From Nitrospirota bacterium (lineage in GTDB: Bacteria; Nitrospirota; UBA9217), in contig CAWBNQ010000003.1 of NCBI GenBank assembly GCA_963790205.1, positions 736,001 through 800,000 on the forward strand: a stretch of DNA of 64,000 nucleotides, given 5' to 3'. The translations under genes were made by a program, and so were the position numbers. This document shows, piece after piece, positions 1 through 10,790 of the stretch (positions within the stretch are counted from its first letter, which is position 1; the number at the start of each line of letters is the position of its first letter). The notes beneath the pieces were generated by a model. It did no database searches. It saw only the letters and a list, made by a program, of their open reading frames with translations, and was not told the origin of the DNA.

Positions 1-1272
1 TCCGTGGCGGGGCTCGATGCCAAGGCCGCGGTCAGGATGGCGGGGGTGAAGATCGGGAGCGTCGAAAAGGTTGAGCTCTTTGACAACCGCGCGAAAGTGA
101 CCATGAGGATCCTTCCTGAGGTGCGTATCCCGCGCGGCGTACGGGCCGGGATCAAAACCATGGGGCTCCTCGGAGAGAAATTCGTCGAGATCACTCCGCC
201 GGAAGGCGGCGCTGCCGCGGAAGGCCCGCCGGGGCAGTCGGCGTATCTCAAGGAGGGGGACCAGATCCTGGCAACGTCGTCCCCGAGCGACGTCGACAAG
301 CTCATCAACCAGCTCTCCGGCATCGCCGACGATGTCAAGCAGGTGACGGCGTCGCTCCGGCAGGTCTTCGGGACCGAGCGGGGCGCCCAGTCCATGGAAG
401 ACATCCTTGCCGACCTGCGGAAGACCACGGAGAACATCCGGGAATTTTCCCACACGCTGAACAGCGACGGGAGCGAGCTCGTTATGAGGCTGAACGAGCT
501 CACGGCCAGCCTCAACGGCGTGGTGGATGAGAACCGGGACAATCTCAAGGTGTCGATGGAGAATATCCGCGAGGCGTCGAAGAACGCGGAACTGGCCCTG
601 GCCTCGATCCAGAACGCCGCCAAGAAGATAGACCACGGCGAAGGCACGCTCGGCAAGCTGGTGAGCGACGACAGCGTGTACAACAACATCGACAGCGCGG
701 CAAAGGGGATCAGCGACTATACCGGGCGCGTCGACCGCCTGCAGACGATCGTGAGCTTCAGGTCGGAATACCTGTTCCCCGACGCCAAGACCTATTTCTC
801 GCTCGACCTCAAACCGAAGCCGGACAAATACTATACGCTCGAGGTCGTTTCCGACCCCCGGTACAAGTTTTCGCAGAGCATCGTGGCCGCGACCCCCGGA
901 GGCGTCGTCACGACCGATACCTATCAGGACAAGTTCCTCTTCAGCCTGCTGTTCGTCAAGCGGTGGGGCAACCTCGGGCTGCGGCTCGGCCTCATGGAAT
1001 CGACGGGCGGCATCGGCGCCGAATACTATACGCTGAACGACAGGATAAAGTTCAACCTCGACGCCTGGAACTTCTCGAGCAAGGAGCCGGGCAACGAGAA
1101 CGCGCACCTGAAGGCGACGGTGAGCTACGACATCAACAAGCTGCTCTTCCTCGACGCGGGCTACGACAACTTCCTGAATGCCGGCCGCAGGGCGGCCTTC
1201 GTGGGCGCGGGCCTCCGGTTCGACGATGAGGACCTGAAATACCTGATCGGGAGCGTGCCCATACCCAAGTGA
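1..1272 (+). CDS. mlaD: MlaD/MCE family protein (5' truncated by window edge)
   Basis: MCE motifs GL..A.VRMAGVKIGSV and IKTMGLLGEKFVEI, followed by a helical region and a beta-rich C-terminus. Confidence 0.85.
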   Translation, partial: SVAGLDAKAAVRMAGVKIGSVEKVELFDNRAKVTMRILPEVRIPRGVRAGIKTMGLLGEKFVEITPPEGGAAAEGPPGQSAYLKEGDQILATSSPSDVDKLINQLSGIADDVKQVTASLRQVFGTERGAQSMEDILADLRKTTENIREFSHTLNSDGSELVMRLNELTASLNGVVDENRDNLKVSMENIREASKNAELALASIQNAAKKIDHGEGTLGKLVSDDSVYNNIDSAAKGISDYTGRVDRLQTIVSFRSEYLFPDAKTYFSLDLKPKPDKYYTLEVVSDPRYKFSQSIVAATPGGVVTTDTYQDKFLFSLLFVKRWGNLGLRLGLMESTGGIGAEYYTLNDRIKFNLDAWNFSSKEPGNENAHLKATVSYDINKLLFLDAGYDNFLNAGRRAAFVGAGLRFDDEDLKYLIGSVPIPK

Positions 1273-1275
1273 TGG

Positions 1276-1364
1276 AAGGGGAGACGTTGAGAAGATAAGA
1301 GGTTGGGAAGGTGAGAAGCTGAGGTTTTCCGTGCCTCTCTGCTCAGCTTCTCAATCGCTCAACA
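1276..1364. repeat. Octamer-periodic palindromic intergenic repeat
   Basis: GTTGAGAA/GATAAGAG/GTTGGGAA/GGTGAGAA/GCTGAG followed by the complementary CTCAGC/TTCTCAAT/CGCTCAAC. Confidence 0.6.
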
Positions 1365-1385
1365 TGTGGTTATCCGGGGATGTTC

Positions 1386-1414
1386 TTGACTTTTCAGGGT
1401 CAGTTCCCTAGAAT
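1386..1414 (+). promoter_or_regulatory. Sigma-70-type promoter for galU-lon
   Basis: TTGACT-N17-TAGAAT, upstream of RBS AAGGAG and the GTG start. Confidence 0.6.
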
Positions 1415-1432
1415 GGCGTCAAGGAGAGCATC

Positions 1433-2302
1433 GTGAGCAAGGAGATAACAAAAGCGGTTTTTCCGGCCGCGGGCCTGGGGACCAGGTTTCTTCCCGCGAC
1501 CAAGGCGTCTCCCAAGGAGATGCTCCCGCTCGTGGACAAGCCCCTTATCCAATACGTCGTCGAGGAGGCCGTGGCGTCCGGGATCGAGGAAGTGGTGGTG
1601 ATCACGGGCAGGGGCAAGAGGGCGATCGAGGACCATTTCGACGTGGCGTTCGAGCTGGAGGAGGACCTCAAGGCAAAGGGCAAGCACAAACTGCTCTCCG
1701 AGGTGCAGCGCATCGCCGACCTGGTGACGTTCTGTTACATCCGGCAGAAAAAGGCGCTGGGGCTCGGTCATGCCGTGCTGACGGCAAAGCGGGTGATCGG
1801 CGAAGAGCCGTTCGCCGTGCTGCTCGGCGACGATATCATCGACTCGGACGTCCCGGCGCTGAAGCAGATGATGGCCGTGTACAAGCGTTATCCGGCGACG
1901 ATCCTCGCCATCCAGAAAGTGCCGAAAGCCCAGACGCGGAACTACGGCATCATTGACGGGAAACGGATAGAGGACGGGGTCTATCTGGTGAAGGACCTGG
2001 TGGAGAAGCCGTCACCGGACGAGGCGCCGTCGAACCTGGCCATCATCGGCCGCTATATCCTGACCCCCGAGATCTTTGCCGCTCTTGAACAGACGAGGCC
2101 CGGCAAGGGCGGCGAGATCCAGCTTACGGACGGACTCCGGCTGCTGATGGAAAAGCAGCCCATCTACGCCTATGAGTTCGAAGGCAAGCGGCACGACGCC
2201 GGCGACAAGCTGGGGTTCCTGAAGGCCACGGTCGAGTTCGGGCTCAAGAACGGGGAGTTTGGGGCGGAATTCAGAAGCTATCTCCAGAAGTTGAAGCTGT
2301 AG
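1433..2302 (+). CDS. galU: UTP--glucose-1-phosphate uridylyltransferase
   Basis: KAVFPAAGLGTRFLPATKASPKEMLP, VEKP and GEIQLTD motifs. Confidence 0.97.
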   Translation: MSKEITKAVFPAAGLGTRFLPATKASPKEMLPLVDKPLIQYVVEEAVASGIEEVVVITGRGKRAIEDHFDVAFELEEDLKAKGKHKLLSEVQRIADLVTFCYIRQKKALGLGHAVLTAKRVIGEEPFAVLLGDDIIDSDVPALKQMMAVYKRYPATILAIQKVPKAQTRNYGIIDGKRIEDGVYLVKDLVEKPSPDEAPSNLAIIGRYILTPEIFAALEQTRPGKGGEIQLTDGLRLLMEKQPIYAYEFEGKRHDAGDKLGFLKATVEFGLKNGEFGAEFRSYLQKLKL

Positions 2303-2369
2303 GATACGGACAGCGGTGAAGAACCGGCAGTCATGAACACACGATCGCAAACAGGATGAGGAGGATAGC

Positions 2370-4782
2370 TTGGCTAAGACGGAAACGAAGAACATAGATC
2401 TCCAGCAGTCCATCGAGATACCGAAAAAACTGCCGCTGCTCCCGATCCGGGACATCGTGGTCTTCCCCTACATGGTGCTGCCGCTCTTTGTCGGCCGGGA
2501 GATGTCCATCAAGGCGATCGAGGTGGCGCTCGAAGGGAACCGCATGATATTCCTGACCTCGCAGAAGGACATCAACGTGGAAAACCCTTCGCCGTCGGAC
2601 CTCTATTCGGTCGGCACGGTCGGCGTGATCATGCGGATGCTGAAACTGCCCGACGGCCGCATCAAGATCCTGGTCCAGGGCGTGGCGCGGGCGAAGACCG
2701 TGAAATTCCTGCAAAAGGAGCCTTACTACCAGGTCGAGATCAAGACCTTCACCGATGTTCCGGCGCTGGCAAACCTCGAGACCGAGGCGCTCATGCGGAA
2801 CGTGAAGGAACAGATCGAGAAGCTGGTCTCCTTCGGCAAGGTCATCCTTCCGGACATCATGGTGGTCATCGAGAACGTGGACGACCCGGGAAAACTGGCG
2901 GACCTTGCCGTGGCCAACATGGGGCTCAAGGTGGAACAGGCGCAGGAGATCCTCGAGATCACCGATCCCCTTCAGCGGATCAAGCGCATCAACGAGGCGC
3001 TCGGCAAGGAGATCGAGCTCCTCTCGATGCAGCAGAAGATCCAGGCCGACGTGCGGGGCGAGATCGACAAGACCCAGCGCGAGTATTTCCTGCGCGAGCA
3101 GCTCAAGGCGATCCAGCGCGAGCTCGGCGAGACCGACGACCGGTCCGAGGACATGCGCGAGCTCCGGGAAAAGATCAAGGAGGCCAAGCTGCCGGACAAA
3201 GCGGGGAAAGAGGCCGAGAAGCAGCTTCGCCGGCTCGAGCGGATGCACCCCGACGCGGCCGAGGCGTCCATGACCAGGACGTACATCGAATGGCTCGCGG
3301 AACTTCCCTGGAGCAAGGCGACGAAGGACAACCTCGACCTCAAGGCCGCGCACAAGGTGCTCGAAGAAGACCACTATGACCTCGAGAAGGTGAAGGAACG
3401 CATCATCGAGTACCTCGCGGTGCGCAAGCTCAAGGAGAAGATGAAAGGCCCGATCCTCTGCTTCGTCGGGCCTCCGGGCGTGGGCAAGACCTCGCTCGGC
3501 AAGTCGATCGCCCGGGCGCTGGGGCGCGAGTTCGTGCGCATATCGCTGGGCGGCGTGCGCGACGAGGCGGAGATCCGCGGGCACCGCCGCACCTATGTCG
3601 GCGCGCTCCCCGGCAGGATCATCCAGGGCATCAAGACGGCGGGCAACAACAACCCCGTCTTCATGCTCGACGAGATCGACAAGATCGGCGCCGATTTCCG
3701 GGGCGACCCGTCCGCGGCCCTGCTGGAAGTGCTCGATCCGGAACAGAACAACTCCTTTTCCGACCACTACATCGGGATGCCCTTCGACCTGTCGCGCGTC
3801 ATGTTCATCACCACGGCGAACATGACCGATCCCATCCCGGGCCCGCTCAAGGACCGGATGGAGATCATCCGCTTGTCGGGATACACGGAGCAGGAGAAGC
3901 TCGGCATCGCGAAGAGCTACCTGGTCCCCCGGCAGCTCACGGAGCACGGCATCACGGACAAGAACATCAGCCATCCCGGACAAGACCATCCTGCAGGTCA
4001 TCATGCAGTACACGCGCGAGGCGGGGGTGAGGAACCTTGAGCGCGAGATCGCCCACCTCTGCCGCAAGGTGGCGAGAAAGATCGCGGAGGGCGAGACCGG
4101 ACTCTTCACGGTCACGCCGGCCAACCTGCACACGTACCTGGGCGTGCCGAAGTTCCTGCCCGAGGTCGAGCGGGAGAAGGACGAGATCGGCGTGGTGACC
4201 GGCCTGGCGGTGACCGAGACCGGAGGCGACATCCTCTATATCGAGGCCACGACCATGCGCGGCAAGGGCACGCTCACCCTGACGGGGCACCTCGGCGACG
4301 TCATGAAAGAGTCCGCCCACGCGGCGCTCACCTACGTGCGCTCCCGGGCCAAGGTCCTCGGCATCAAAGACGACGTGTTCGGGAAGACCGACGTCCACGT
4401 CCACGTGCCGGCCGGCGCCATCCCCAAGGACGGCCCCTCTGCGGGCGTTACGATGACCACCGCCCTGGCTTCCGTTTTCAGCAACGTGCCGGTCAGAAAA
4501 GACGTCGCCATGACCGGCGAGGTCACGCTCCGGGGACGGGTCCTTCCGATCGGCGGGCTCAAGGAGAAGACGCTCGCCGCAAAGCGGGCGGGGATCATGA
4601 CCATGATCATCCCGAAGGAAAACGAAAAAGACCTTGACGATATCCCGAAGAACCTGAGAAAAGACATGAAGTTCATACTTGCGGAGACCATGGACGACGT
4701 TTTCTCCACGGCGCTTCGCAGGAAGACGCCGCAGCGCATAGCGCATAAAAAGCTCCCCGGCAGGTCGCGGGCAACGCATTGA
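2370..4782 (+). CDS. lon: Lon (La) ATP-dependent protease, split by a +1 frameshift at ~3971 (probable sequence error)
   Basis: N-domain LPLLPIRD and Walker A GPPGVGKT in ORF 2370-4040; PKDGPSAG catalytic Ser motif in ORF 4003-4782; removing one C at 3971-3972 gives ...[24 protein letters not shown]. Confidence 0.93.
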
Positions 4783-4869
4783 TTCAGTAAAAAAGTTCGG
4801 AGTCGGGAGTTCGTAGTTCGTAGAAAACGCCGTTGTTTTTTCTCCGTGTTTCTGCGGCAATACTATACG

Positions 4870-5979
4870 ATGAAGATATCAGACCTGGGCGAATTCGGCC
4901 TGATCGGTCGCATTAAAAAGCTGGCCTTGCGAAAGCCTTCCTCGGCGCCGGTCGGCATCGGCGACGATGCCGCGGCGTTGAAGCTGTCCGCGTCCCATAT
5001 CCTGCTGGCAACCACTGACCTGCTGATCGAAGGCGTGCATTTCGACCTCGCGTATACGGACTTCTCTTCGCTCGGCTGGAAAGCCGCCGCGGTAAATTTG
5101 AGCGACATCGCGGCCATGGGGGGCGTTCCCCGGTACTGCCTGACCGCGCTCGGCATCCCGGCGGGCGTCTCAGTGGAGCAGGTGCTCGAGTTCTACCGGG
5201 GATTCAACGCGCTTTTGCGGGCCCATGCGGCGACGCTTGCGGGAGGGGACACCTGTTCCTCCGGCAGGGGACTGTTCATCAGCGTGACCGCGCTCGGCGA
5301 GGTTGAACCGAAGCGCATCATCACCCGGGCAGGGGCGAAGCCGGGGGACAGGATCTACGTGACCGGCACGCTGGGGGATTCCGCCGCGGGACTGGAGCTT
5401 CTGCGATCTGGCGTCAGGAGCAAGGAGTCGGGAGTAAGGAGTAAGAACCTTAAATCCGCGATCCGCACACCCTGCACTCGCGGTTCCACTCGGAAACGCT
5501 GGGCGCAGGCTCCGCAATCCGCAATAGAAAAGCTCATCGCGCGCCACCTCCGGCCGGCGCCCCGCGTCGAATGGGGCAGAAAGCTCGCGCTTTCCGGGTG
5601 CGCGAACGCGATGATCGACCTGAGCGACGGGCTCTCGTCCGATCTGGCCCGCATCTGCGAACAGAGCGGGGTCGGCGCGGACATCGTGGCCCACGGGATA
5701 CCGCTTTCCGCCGCGCTTCGCGCCCTGTCCGGGAAACTGGCAAGGCCCGCGCTGCAGTACGCGCTGTCCGGCGGCGAGGATTACGAGCTGTTGTTCACCG
5801 TGCCGCCCGCCAGGGTGAAGAAACTTTGTTCCCTGAAGCTCCCGGTAACGGAGATCGGATCGATAACCTCCGGGAAAACGCTTTCACTGGCCGACGCCCG
5901 GGGGCGGAAAAAACCGCTTCCGCCCGCGGGATACGACCACTTTCGCGGGGGCGGAAGACCGCTCCGGCACATCAAATAA
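4870..5979 (+). CDS. thiL: Thiamine-monophosphate kinase with an in-frame repeat insertion
   Basis: GEFGLI, GIGDDAA, NLSDIAAMGG, DLSDGL and GGEDYEL motifs. Confidence 0.95.
   Translation: MKISDLGEFGLIGRIKKLALRKPSSAPVGIGDDAAALKLSASHILLATTDLLIEGVHFDLAYTDFSSLGWKAAAVNLSDIAAMGGVPRYCLTALGIPAGVSVEQVLEFYRGFNALLRAHAATLAGGDTCSSGRGLFISVTALGEVEPKRIITRAGAKPGDRIYVTGTLGDSAAGLELLRSGVRSKESGVRSKNLKSAIRTPCTRGSTRKRWAQAPQSAIEKLIARHLRPAPRVEWGRKLALSGCANAMIDLSDGLSSDLARICEQSGVGADIVAHGIPLSAALRALSGKLARPALQYALSGGEDYELLFTVPPARVKKLCSLKLPVTEIGSITSGKTLSLADARGRKKPLPPAGYDHFRGGGRPLRHIK
5410..5525. repeat. Heptamer palindromic repeat with a nested 42-nt hairpin cassette, inside thiL
   Basis: GGAGTAA-type heptamers at 5410-5444; AATCCGC-type heptamers interrupted by ACCCTGCACTCGCG...AACGCTGGGCGCAGGC (5469-5510). 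Confidence 0.8.
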
Positions 5980-6000
5980 TTACTACAGGACCGTCCCGCA

Positions 6001-6468
6001 ATGCGCATGAAATACATGACCGACCGCATACGCTCACTTTTCCGGCTGAACGACACGCCTCACAGGCTGGCCACCGCCTTTGCGCTCGGCGTTTTTATCG
6101 CCTTCAGCCCCACCATCGGGCTCCATACGGTCACCGCCCTGCTGATCGCATGGGTCTTTCGCTTGAGCAAGCTTGCGGTCCTGACCGCGGCCTTCATCAA
6201 TAATCCCTGGACCATCGTCCCGCTCTACGGGTCCTGCCTGTGGCTGGGCATGAAAATTACGGGCAGCGGCGCGGCCATGCCGCATATTGCATGGAACGAA
6301 CTGAGCCTGGGCAGCGCCTATCTGGTCCTGAGGCCCTATCTCTGGCCCTTTATAGCCGGGACGCTCCTGGCCGGCGTCATCGCCGCCGCTGTTGCCTACG
6401 GCGCGGCGTACTGGGCGGTTGTGCGTTACCGGAAAACGGGCGGAGAAACGCAGACGATCGCGGAATAG
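6001..6468 (+). CDS. DUF2062 family membrane protein
   Basis: DTPHRLATAFALGVFIAFSP and NNPWT motifs; hydrophobic helices. Confidence 0.8.
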   Translation: MRMKYMTDRIRSLFRLNDTPHRLATAFALGVFIAFSPTIGLHTVTALLIAWVFRLSKLAVLTAAFINNPWTIVPLYGSCLWLGMKITGSGAAMPHIAWNELSLGSAYLVLRPYLWPFIAGTLLAGVIAAAVAYGAAYWAVVRYRKTGGETQTIAE

Positions 6469-6572
6469 TCATGAACGCGGAAACCGCGGGGCCCCGCCTC
6501 AGGGGTCCGCGTCCAACGGCCGGGGACGCCCCGTAAAAACGGGAAGCGCCGATACGCAAGAGGGGAGTTAAC

Positions 6573-8423
6573 GTGAATTCATACTTTCCGGACCTCGCCG
6601 CGTCGCTGGCATGTTACGCGCTCATGGCCGCCGCCTATTACGGGTGGGGAGGCTTTCTTGTCAGATCGCTCAAGATCGACGGGAAGCTCGGGAATGCTTT
6701 TTTTCAGCTGACCTGGATCGGCTGGTGCGGCTCCATCCTCGTGCTTCAGATCGTGAATTTCTTTGTCCCGATCGACCGTTTCTCAAGCGGCGTCTTTTTC
6801 CTTGCCGGCGTCGCATTCTGCGTTACGTCGCTCGTCCGGAATCCGCCCCGGGTCCTTTTCGGCGCGAGGACCCTCGCATTCGCCGGCGTACTGGCCGTCC
6901 TCACGGTCTGGGCCGCATCCTGGGCGATGCTTCCGCCGGTAAACTACGACAGCGGCTTATACCATTTTAATACGATCCGCTGGCTGAACGAATATCCGCT
7001 GGTCCCGGGGCTCGGCAATCTTCACGGCCGGTTCGCCTTTAACCAGTCCTTTTTCACCTATGCGGCATCGTTGAATTTTTATCCGCTCTTTCCTCACGGC
7101 CACAACGTGGCCAACAGTTTTCTGCTCCTGCTCCTCTTTGCCGAATGCCTCTATGCCCTCGTTGTCCGGCCGGGAGGGGAACAGGGCGACAAAGGCGGTC
7201 CTTCAGCCCTTTTACTTGTCCCGCTCTGCATGCTTCCCGTGCTGGTGTTCATCGCCGTCGCGAACAGCCTGTCCTCGCCCACTCCCGATATCGCCGTAGC
7301 CGTCCTCTCCCTTGCGCTCTTTTACTCTTTTGCGCGTCATGTCGCGCTGCGGACGTCGGACGCCGCAACGTCCTCCCTTCCGGTCATCCTGATCCTGTCG
7401 GCAACCGCGGTAACGATCAAGCTGAGCCTTCTGGTGTACGCTTCGGCGGTCTCGCTGCTGTCCATCATCCTTGTGTGGAACGCGCTGACGAAAAAAGGGA
7501 GGTCAGAGGGTTTTCGCAGGCATGTCCTGTACTTGTTCCCCTGCCTCATTCTTGCGGTCTGGGTAGTGAAAGGGCTCATCCTCAGCGGATATCCCGCGTA
7601 TCCCGTTCCGGTCGCCCGCCTTCCCGTTGACTGGTCCGTGCCGGTCGAAAAGGCGGCGAACGATCTGGCCTGGGTGAAAAGCTGGGCGCGAATGCCGGGC
7701 CTTCCGCCGGAGAAGGTCCTGGGGTCCTGGGACTGGCTGGGGCCGTGGCTCGACACTATCGGAAAACAGACCGTCACGGTCGTGTACCCCTGCGCCGCCG
7801 CCGTCGTTGCCGCTCTTCTGGGCGCGGTCCTGTCGTTTCTCATCCCTTCGGCCAGGCGGGCGGGAACAGCCGGTCCGAAGTCGCCCGGGGGGTCGCGTCT
7901 TCCTCCACCTCATGCCGGCGCCCGCCGGCGCGGGTCTCCTGGCGCCGCGTCCCTTGCGGGCGTCGAACCGGACCGCGCGTTGTGGCTGCTCGCGGCGCCG
8001 CCGCTTCTGGGGCTTGCCTACTGGTTTTTTACGGCGCCTGATTACCGGTTCGCATCCGCTCTCTTCTTTCTGCTGCCGATCTCGACGGCCTATCCCCTCC
8101 TGCAGAGCGCCCGGTCCCGGCGGAAGTCCGCGAACCTGGCGCTGATGCTGGCCCTGTTCCTGTCCGTCCATGCGATGCTGCTGGACTGGCTGATCGAGCG
8201 GTCATCGGTCATCGCGACCGTTCCGGAAGAGGGCTACGCGGGCGTTGCCGTCGCGCCGCTCGTGGAGTATAAAACCGCATCCGGGCTGCACCTGTGGGTG
8301 CCCGCCTCCGGGGACCAGTGCTGGGATTCTCCGCTCCCCTGTACTCCCTATCCTGACCCCCGGCTGCGACTGAGAGGCGACGGCCTCCGGTCGGGATTTA
8401 CCGTCAACGACCGGCGCCCTTGA
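6573..8423 (+). CDS. Multi-pass membrane protein, LIC_10190-like / GT-C-fold candidate
   Basis: More than 12 TM helices; YDSGLYH, PGLGNLHGRFAFN, SSPTPD, APDYRF and C-terminal CWDSPLPCTP motifs. Confidence 0.6.
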   Translation: MNSYFPDLAASLACYALMAAAYYGWGGFLVRSLKIDGKLGNAFFQLTWIGWCGSILVLQIVNFFVPIDRFSSGVFFLAGVAFCVTSLVRNPPRVLFGARTLAFAGVLAVLTVWAASWAMLPPVNYDSGLYHFNTIRWLNEYPLVPGLGNLHGRFAFNQSFFTYAASLNFYPLFPHGHNVANSFLLLLLFAECLYALVVRPGGEQGDKGGPSALLLVPLCMLPVLVFIAVANSLSSPTPDIAVAVLSLALFYSFARHVALRTSDAATSSLPVILILSATAVTIKLSLLVYASAVSLLSIILVWNALTKKGRSEGFRRHVLYLFPCLILAVWVVKGLILSGYPAYPVPVARLPVDWSVPVEKAANDLAWVKSWARMPGLPPEKVLGSWDWLGPWLDTIGKQTVTVVYPCAAAVVAALLGAVLSFLIPSARRAGTAGPKSPGGSRLPPPHAGARRRGSPGAASLAGVEPDRALWLLAAPPLLGLAYWFFTAPDYRFASALFFLLPISTAYPLLQSARSRRKSANLALMLALFLSVHAMLLDWLIERSSVIATVPEEGYAGVAVAPLVEYKTASGLHLWVPASGDQCWDSPLPCTPYPDPRLRLRGDGLRSGFTVNDRRP

Positions 8424-8678
8424 GGCGCGGAGCCCGGGGCCGCGGGTGTGATGGACAGGGGGCGGCGGTGATTGCCCTGGAAAGTTCTGTACGGGCAATT
8501 CCAATTATGCTACAATAACCCATTGCAACACACTGTGCATCGTGCGCCTGCCGAACACGGTTGCAGTGCGGAGGTTGATGCGTGAGCGCTCTGTTTTCCC
8601 GTGCCTCCCTTGCCCGTTGCCGGCGGGCCTTGCGCTCGAAAGAGAGCTTGCTGCCGCGGATAAAGGAGCTTGTCGTTC

Positions 8679-9380
8679 ATGCCGATACTGTCTGTGGTGA
8701 TCCCGGTCTATAACGAAATAAAGACCATCGAAGAGAATTTAAAGCGGGTCTGCGGCGTTTCGCTTCCTGCCGACTTTGCAAAAGAAATAGTTATAATCGA
8801 CGACGGCTCGAGGGACGGCACCCGTGAGTTTCTTGCCCGGCTCGACGGTCCCTACCGGATTATTTATCACGAGAAGAACAGAGGAAAAGGCGCCGCCGTG
8901 CGTTCGGGCTTTGCGGCCGCGACAGGAGACTATATCGTCATTCAGGACGCGGACATGGAGTACGATCCCCGGGAGTACGGGGACCTGCTGAAACCGCTCC
9001 TTGACGGAAAGGCCGACGTGGTATTCGGCTCCCGGTTCATGAGCGGCCGGCCCCACGCGGCGCCGCGGTTCTGGCACTATTTCGGCAACAAGATATTAAC
9101 GGCGTTTTCAAATGCGTTTTCGAACCTCTACCTCACCGACATGGAAACGTGTTATAAGATGTTCACCCGCAAGGTGGTCCGGGACATCGCCCCGAGGCTT
9201 GTTTCGAACCGGTTCGCGATCGAGCCGGAGATTACCGCGCGTGTCGCCCAGGCGCGATACCGGGTGTACGAGGTGGGCATCTCATACGGGGGCCGATCGT
9301 ACGCGGAGGGGAAAAAGATCGGGTGGAAGGACGGCTTTTCAGCCCTGTGGGCCATTGTCCGGTTCAACCTGCTGCCGTGA
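8679..9380 (+). CDS. GT2 polyprenol-phosphate glycosyltransferase (Dpm1-like)
   Basis: VVIPVYNE, DDGSRDGT, NRGKGAA, QDADMEYDP, DMETCYK and GKKIGWKDG motifs. Confidence 0.9.
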   Translation: MPILSVVIPVYNEIKTIEENLKRVCGVSLPADFAKEIVIIDDGSRDGTREFLARLDGPYRIIYHEKNRGKGAAVRSGFAAATGDYIVIQDADMEYDPREYGDLLKPLLDGKADVVFGSRFMSGRPHAAPRFWHYFGNKILTAFSNAFSNLYLTDMETCYKMFTRKVVRDIAPRLVSNRFAIEPEITARVAQARYRVYEVGISYGGRSYAEGKKIGWKDGFSALWAIVRFNLLP

Positions 9381-9450
9381 GAATGCGGTTGACCCGCTCT
9401 TCGGTCCCTTCCGGGGGGAGAAGCCGGCCGCGCGCTTCTCGGGAACGACC

Positions 9451-10140
9451 ATGAAGGTATTGATCATTGTTCCGGCATACAACGAGGAAAAAAGCCTGCC
9501 CGGCGTGGTCCGGGACCTGGAAAAGCACGCGGCTTACGCGGACGTGCTGGTGGTCGACGACGGGTCCCGCGACGCGACGGCGCGCATCGCCGGGGAGCTC
9601 GGCGTGACCGTGCTGAGGCTGCCGTTCAATCTCGGCATCGGCGGGGCCATGCAGGCGGGCTACCTCTACGCGGACCGGCGGGGCTACGAGGTCGCGGTCC
9701 AGTTCGACGGGGACGGTCAGCACCTCGCGTCCGAGATCGATGCCTTGCTGGGGCCGATCCGGGAGGGAACGGCGGACCTTGCGGTCGGCACCCGGTTCCT
9801 GAACCAGGGCGGCTATCGGGCGCCCCTGTTCAGAAGAATGGGCATCGGGGTGTTCTCGCTCGTCCTCTCGGCGATCCTCGGCATGCGGATGACCGATACC
9901 ACGTCCGGGTTCCGCGCGGCAAACCGGAAGGTCATCGATTTTTTCAGCCGCGGGTATCCCGACGATTATCCCGAGGTGGAGTCCCTCGTGCTCGTGCACA
10001 AGCGCCGCCTGAGGATCGCCGAGGTGCCCGCGCAGATGCGGCAGCGCGTTACGGGAAAATCGTCCATAACGCCGCTGCGCTCCGTGTATTATATGGTGAA
10101 AGTGCTCCTCGCGGTCCTTGTTGATCTGCTCAAAAAATGA
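9451..10140 (+). CDS. GT2 glycosyltransferase (Dpm1-like, DUF2304-associated)
   Basis: IVPAYNEE, NLGIGGAMQAG, QFDGDGQH, DTTSGFRA and DYPEVE motifs. Confidence 0.9.
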   Translation: MKVLIIVPAYNEEKSLPGVVRDLEKHAAYADVLVVDDGSRDATARIAGELGVTVLRLPFNLGIGGAMQAGYLYADRRGYEVAVQFDGDGQHLASEIDALLGPIREGTADLAVGTRFLNQGGYRAPLFRRMGIGVFSLVLSAILGMRMTDTTSGFRAANRKVIDFFSRGYPDDYPEVESLVLVHKRRLRIAEVPAQMRQRVTGKSSITPLRSVYYMVKVLLAVLVDLLKK

Positions 10141-10147
10141 GGTGGCC

Positions 10148-10531
10148 ATGGATCTGTTGAAAATACTCGCGATGGTCGGCAGCGGATCGGTCTTTGTCCT
10201 GGTGATCGAGCTGATCAGGAGGGGGCGTTTGAAGGAACGGTATTCCCTGCTCTGGCTCTGCGCCAGCGCCCTGCTTTTGGTCCTGTCCCTGTCGAGAAGC
10301 GTGCTCGAATATCTCTCCCATGTTCTGGGGGTCTATTATCCGCCTTCCCTGCTTTTTCTCCTTGCGTTCCTGTTCCTCCTGTTGATAACGCTGCATTTTT
10401 CCGTCGTGCTGTCCGGCCTTTCCGAGAAAAATAAAAAGCTGGCCCAGGAGCTGGCCTTGCTGCGGCAGGAACTTCAGGCAACGCTGAACGCCCGCGGGGG
10501 AAGCAATGCGGAAGGACGCCCGGGGCGGTAG
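10148..10531 (+). CDS. DUF2304 family membrane protein
   Basis: LIRRGRLKERYSLLW, LGVYYPPSLLF and KKLAQELALL motifs; follows a GT2. Confidence 0.85.
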   Translation: MDLLKILAMVGSGSVFVLVIELIRRGRLKERYSLLWLCASALLLVLSLSRSVLEYLSHVLGVYYPPSLLFLLAFLFLLLITLHFSVVLSGLSEKNKKLAQELALLRQELQATLNARGGSNAEGRPGR

Positions 10532-10546
10532 CGTCAAAAATTTTAT

Positions 10547-10746
10547 GAAAACCAAAGAGGCAAATAGGAAACCACAGAGCGCACCGAGAAAAAAGGGGAA
10601 AGAGCAAGCCCTGTGTTCTCAAGTAGTTTTGGAAAAATCCCGGGATGAGTAACTGAGGGACCTGAAGAGGACGCAGAGGGGAGGTGAAACAATACTCCCG
10701 AACTTGCCAGGATCAAATGCATTTCTCTGAGTTCTCTGTGGTGAAT
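10547..10746. repeat. Nonamer-type palindromic element (empty-site counterpart of 26867-27172)
   Basis: GAAAACCAAAGAGGCAAATAGGAAACCACAGAG...CTGTGTTCTC...TTCTCTGAGTTCTCTGTGGT. Confidence 0.7.
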
Positions 10747-10790
10747 TTTACAATACATTAATACATTAATGAAGCGGAGGATTGTCGGGA

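Noticed and set aside
8521..8570. Hairpin CATTGCAAC...GTTGCAGTG in the leader of the GT2 operon as a regulatory RNA
   Set aside because: A single 9-bp stem with no further supporting structure or recognisable motif
10524..10534. Exact ops-like GGCGGTAGCGT in the glycosylation operon
   Set aside because: It overlaps a stop codon, lacks the rest of a JUMPStart element, no rfaH-like gene is seen, and it is plausible by chance in GC-rich DNA
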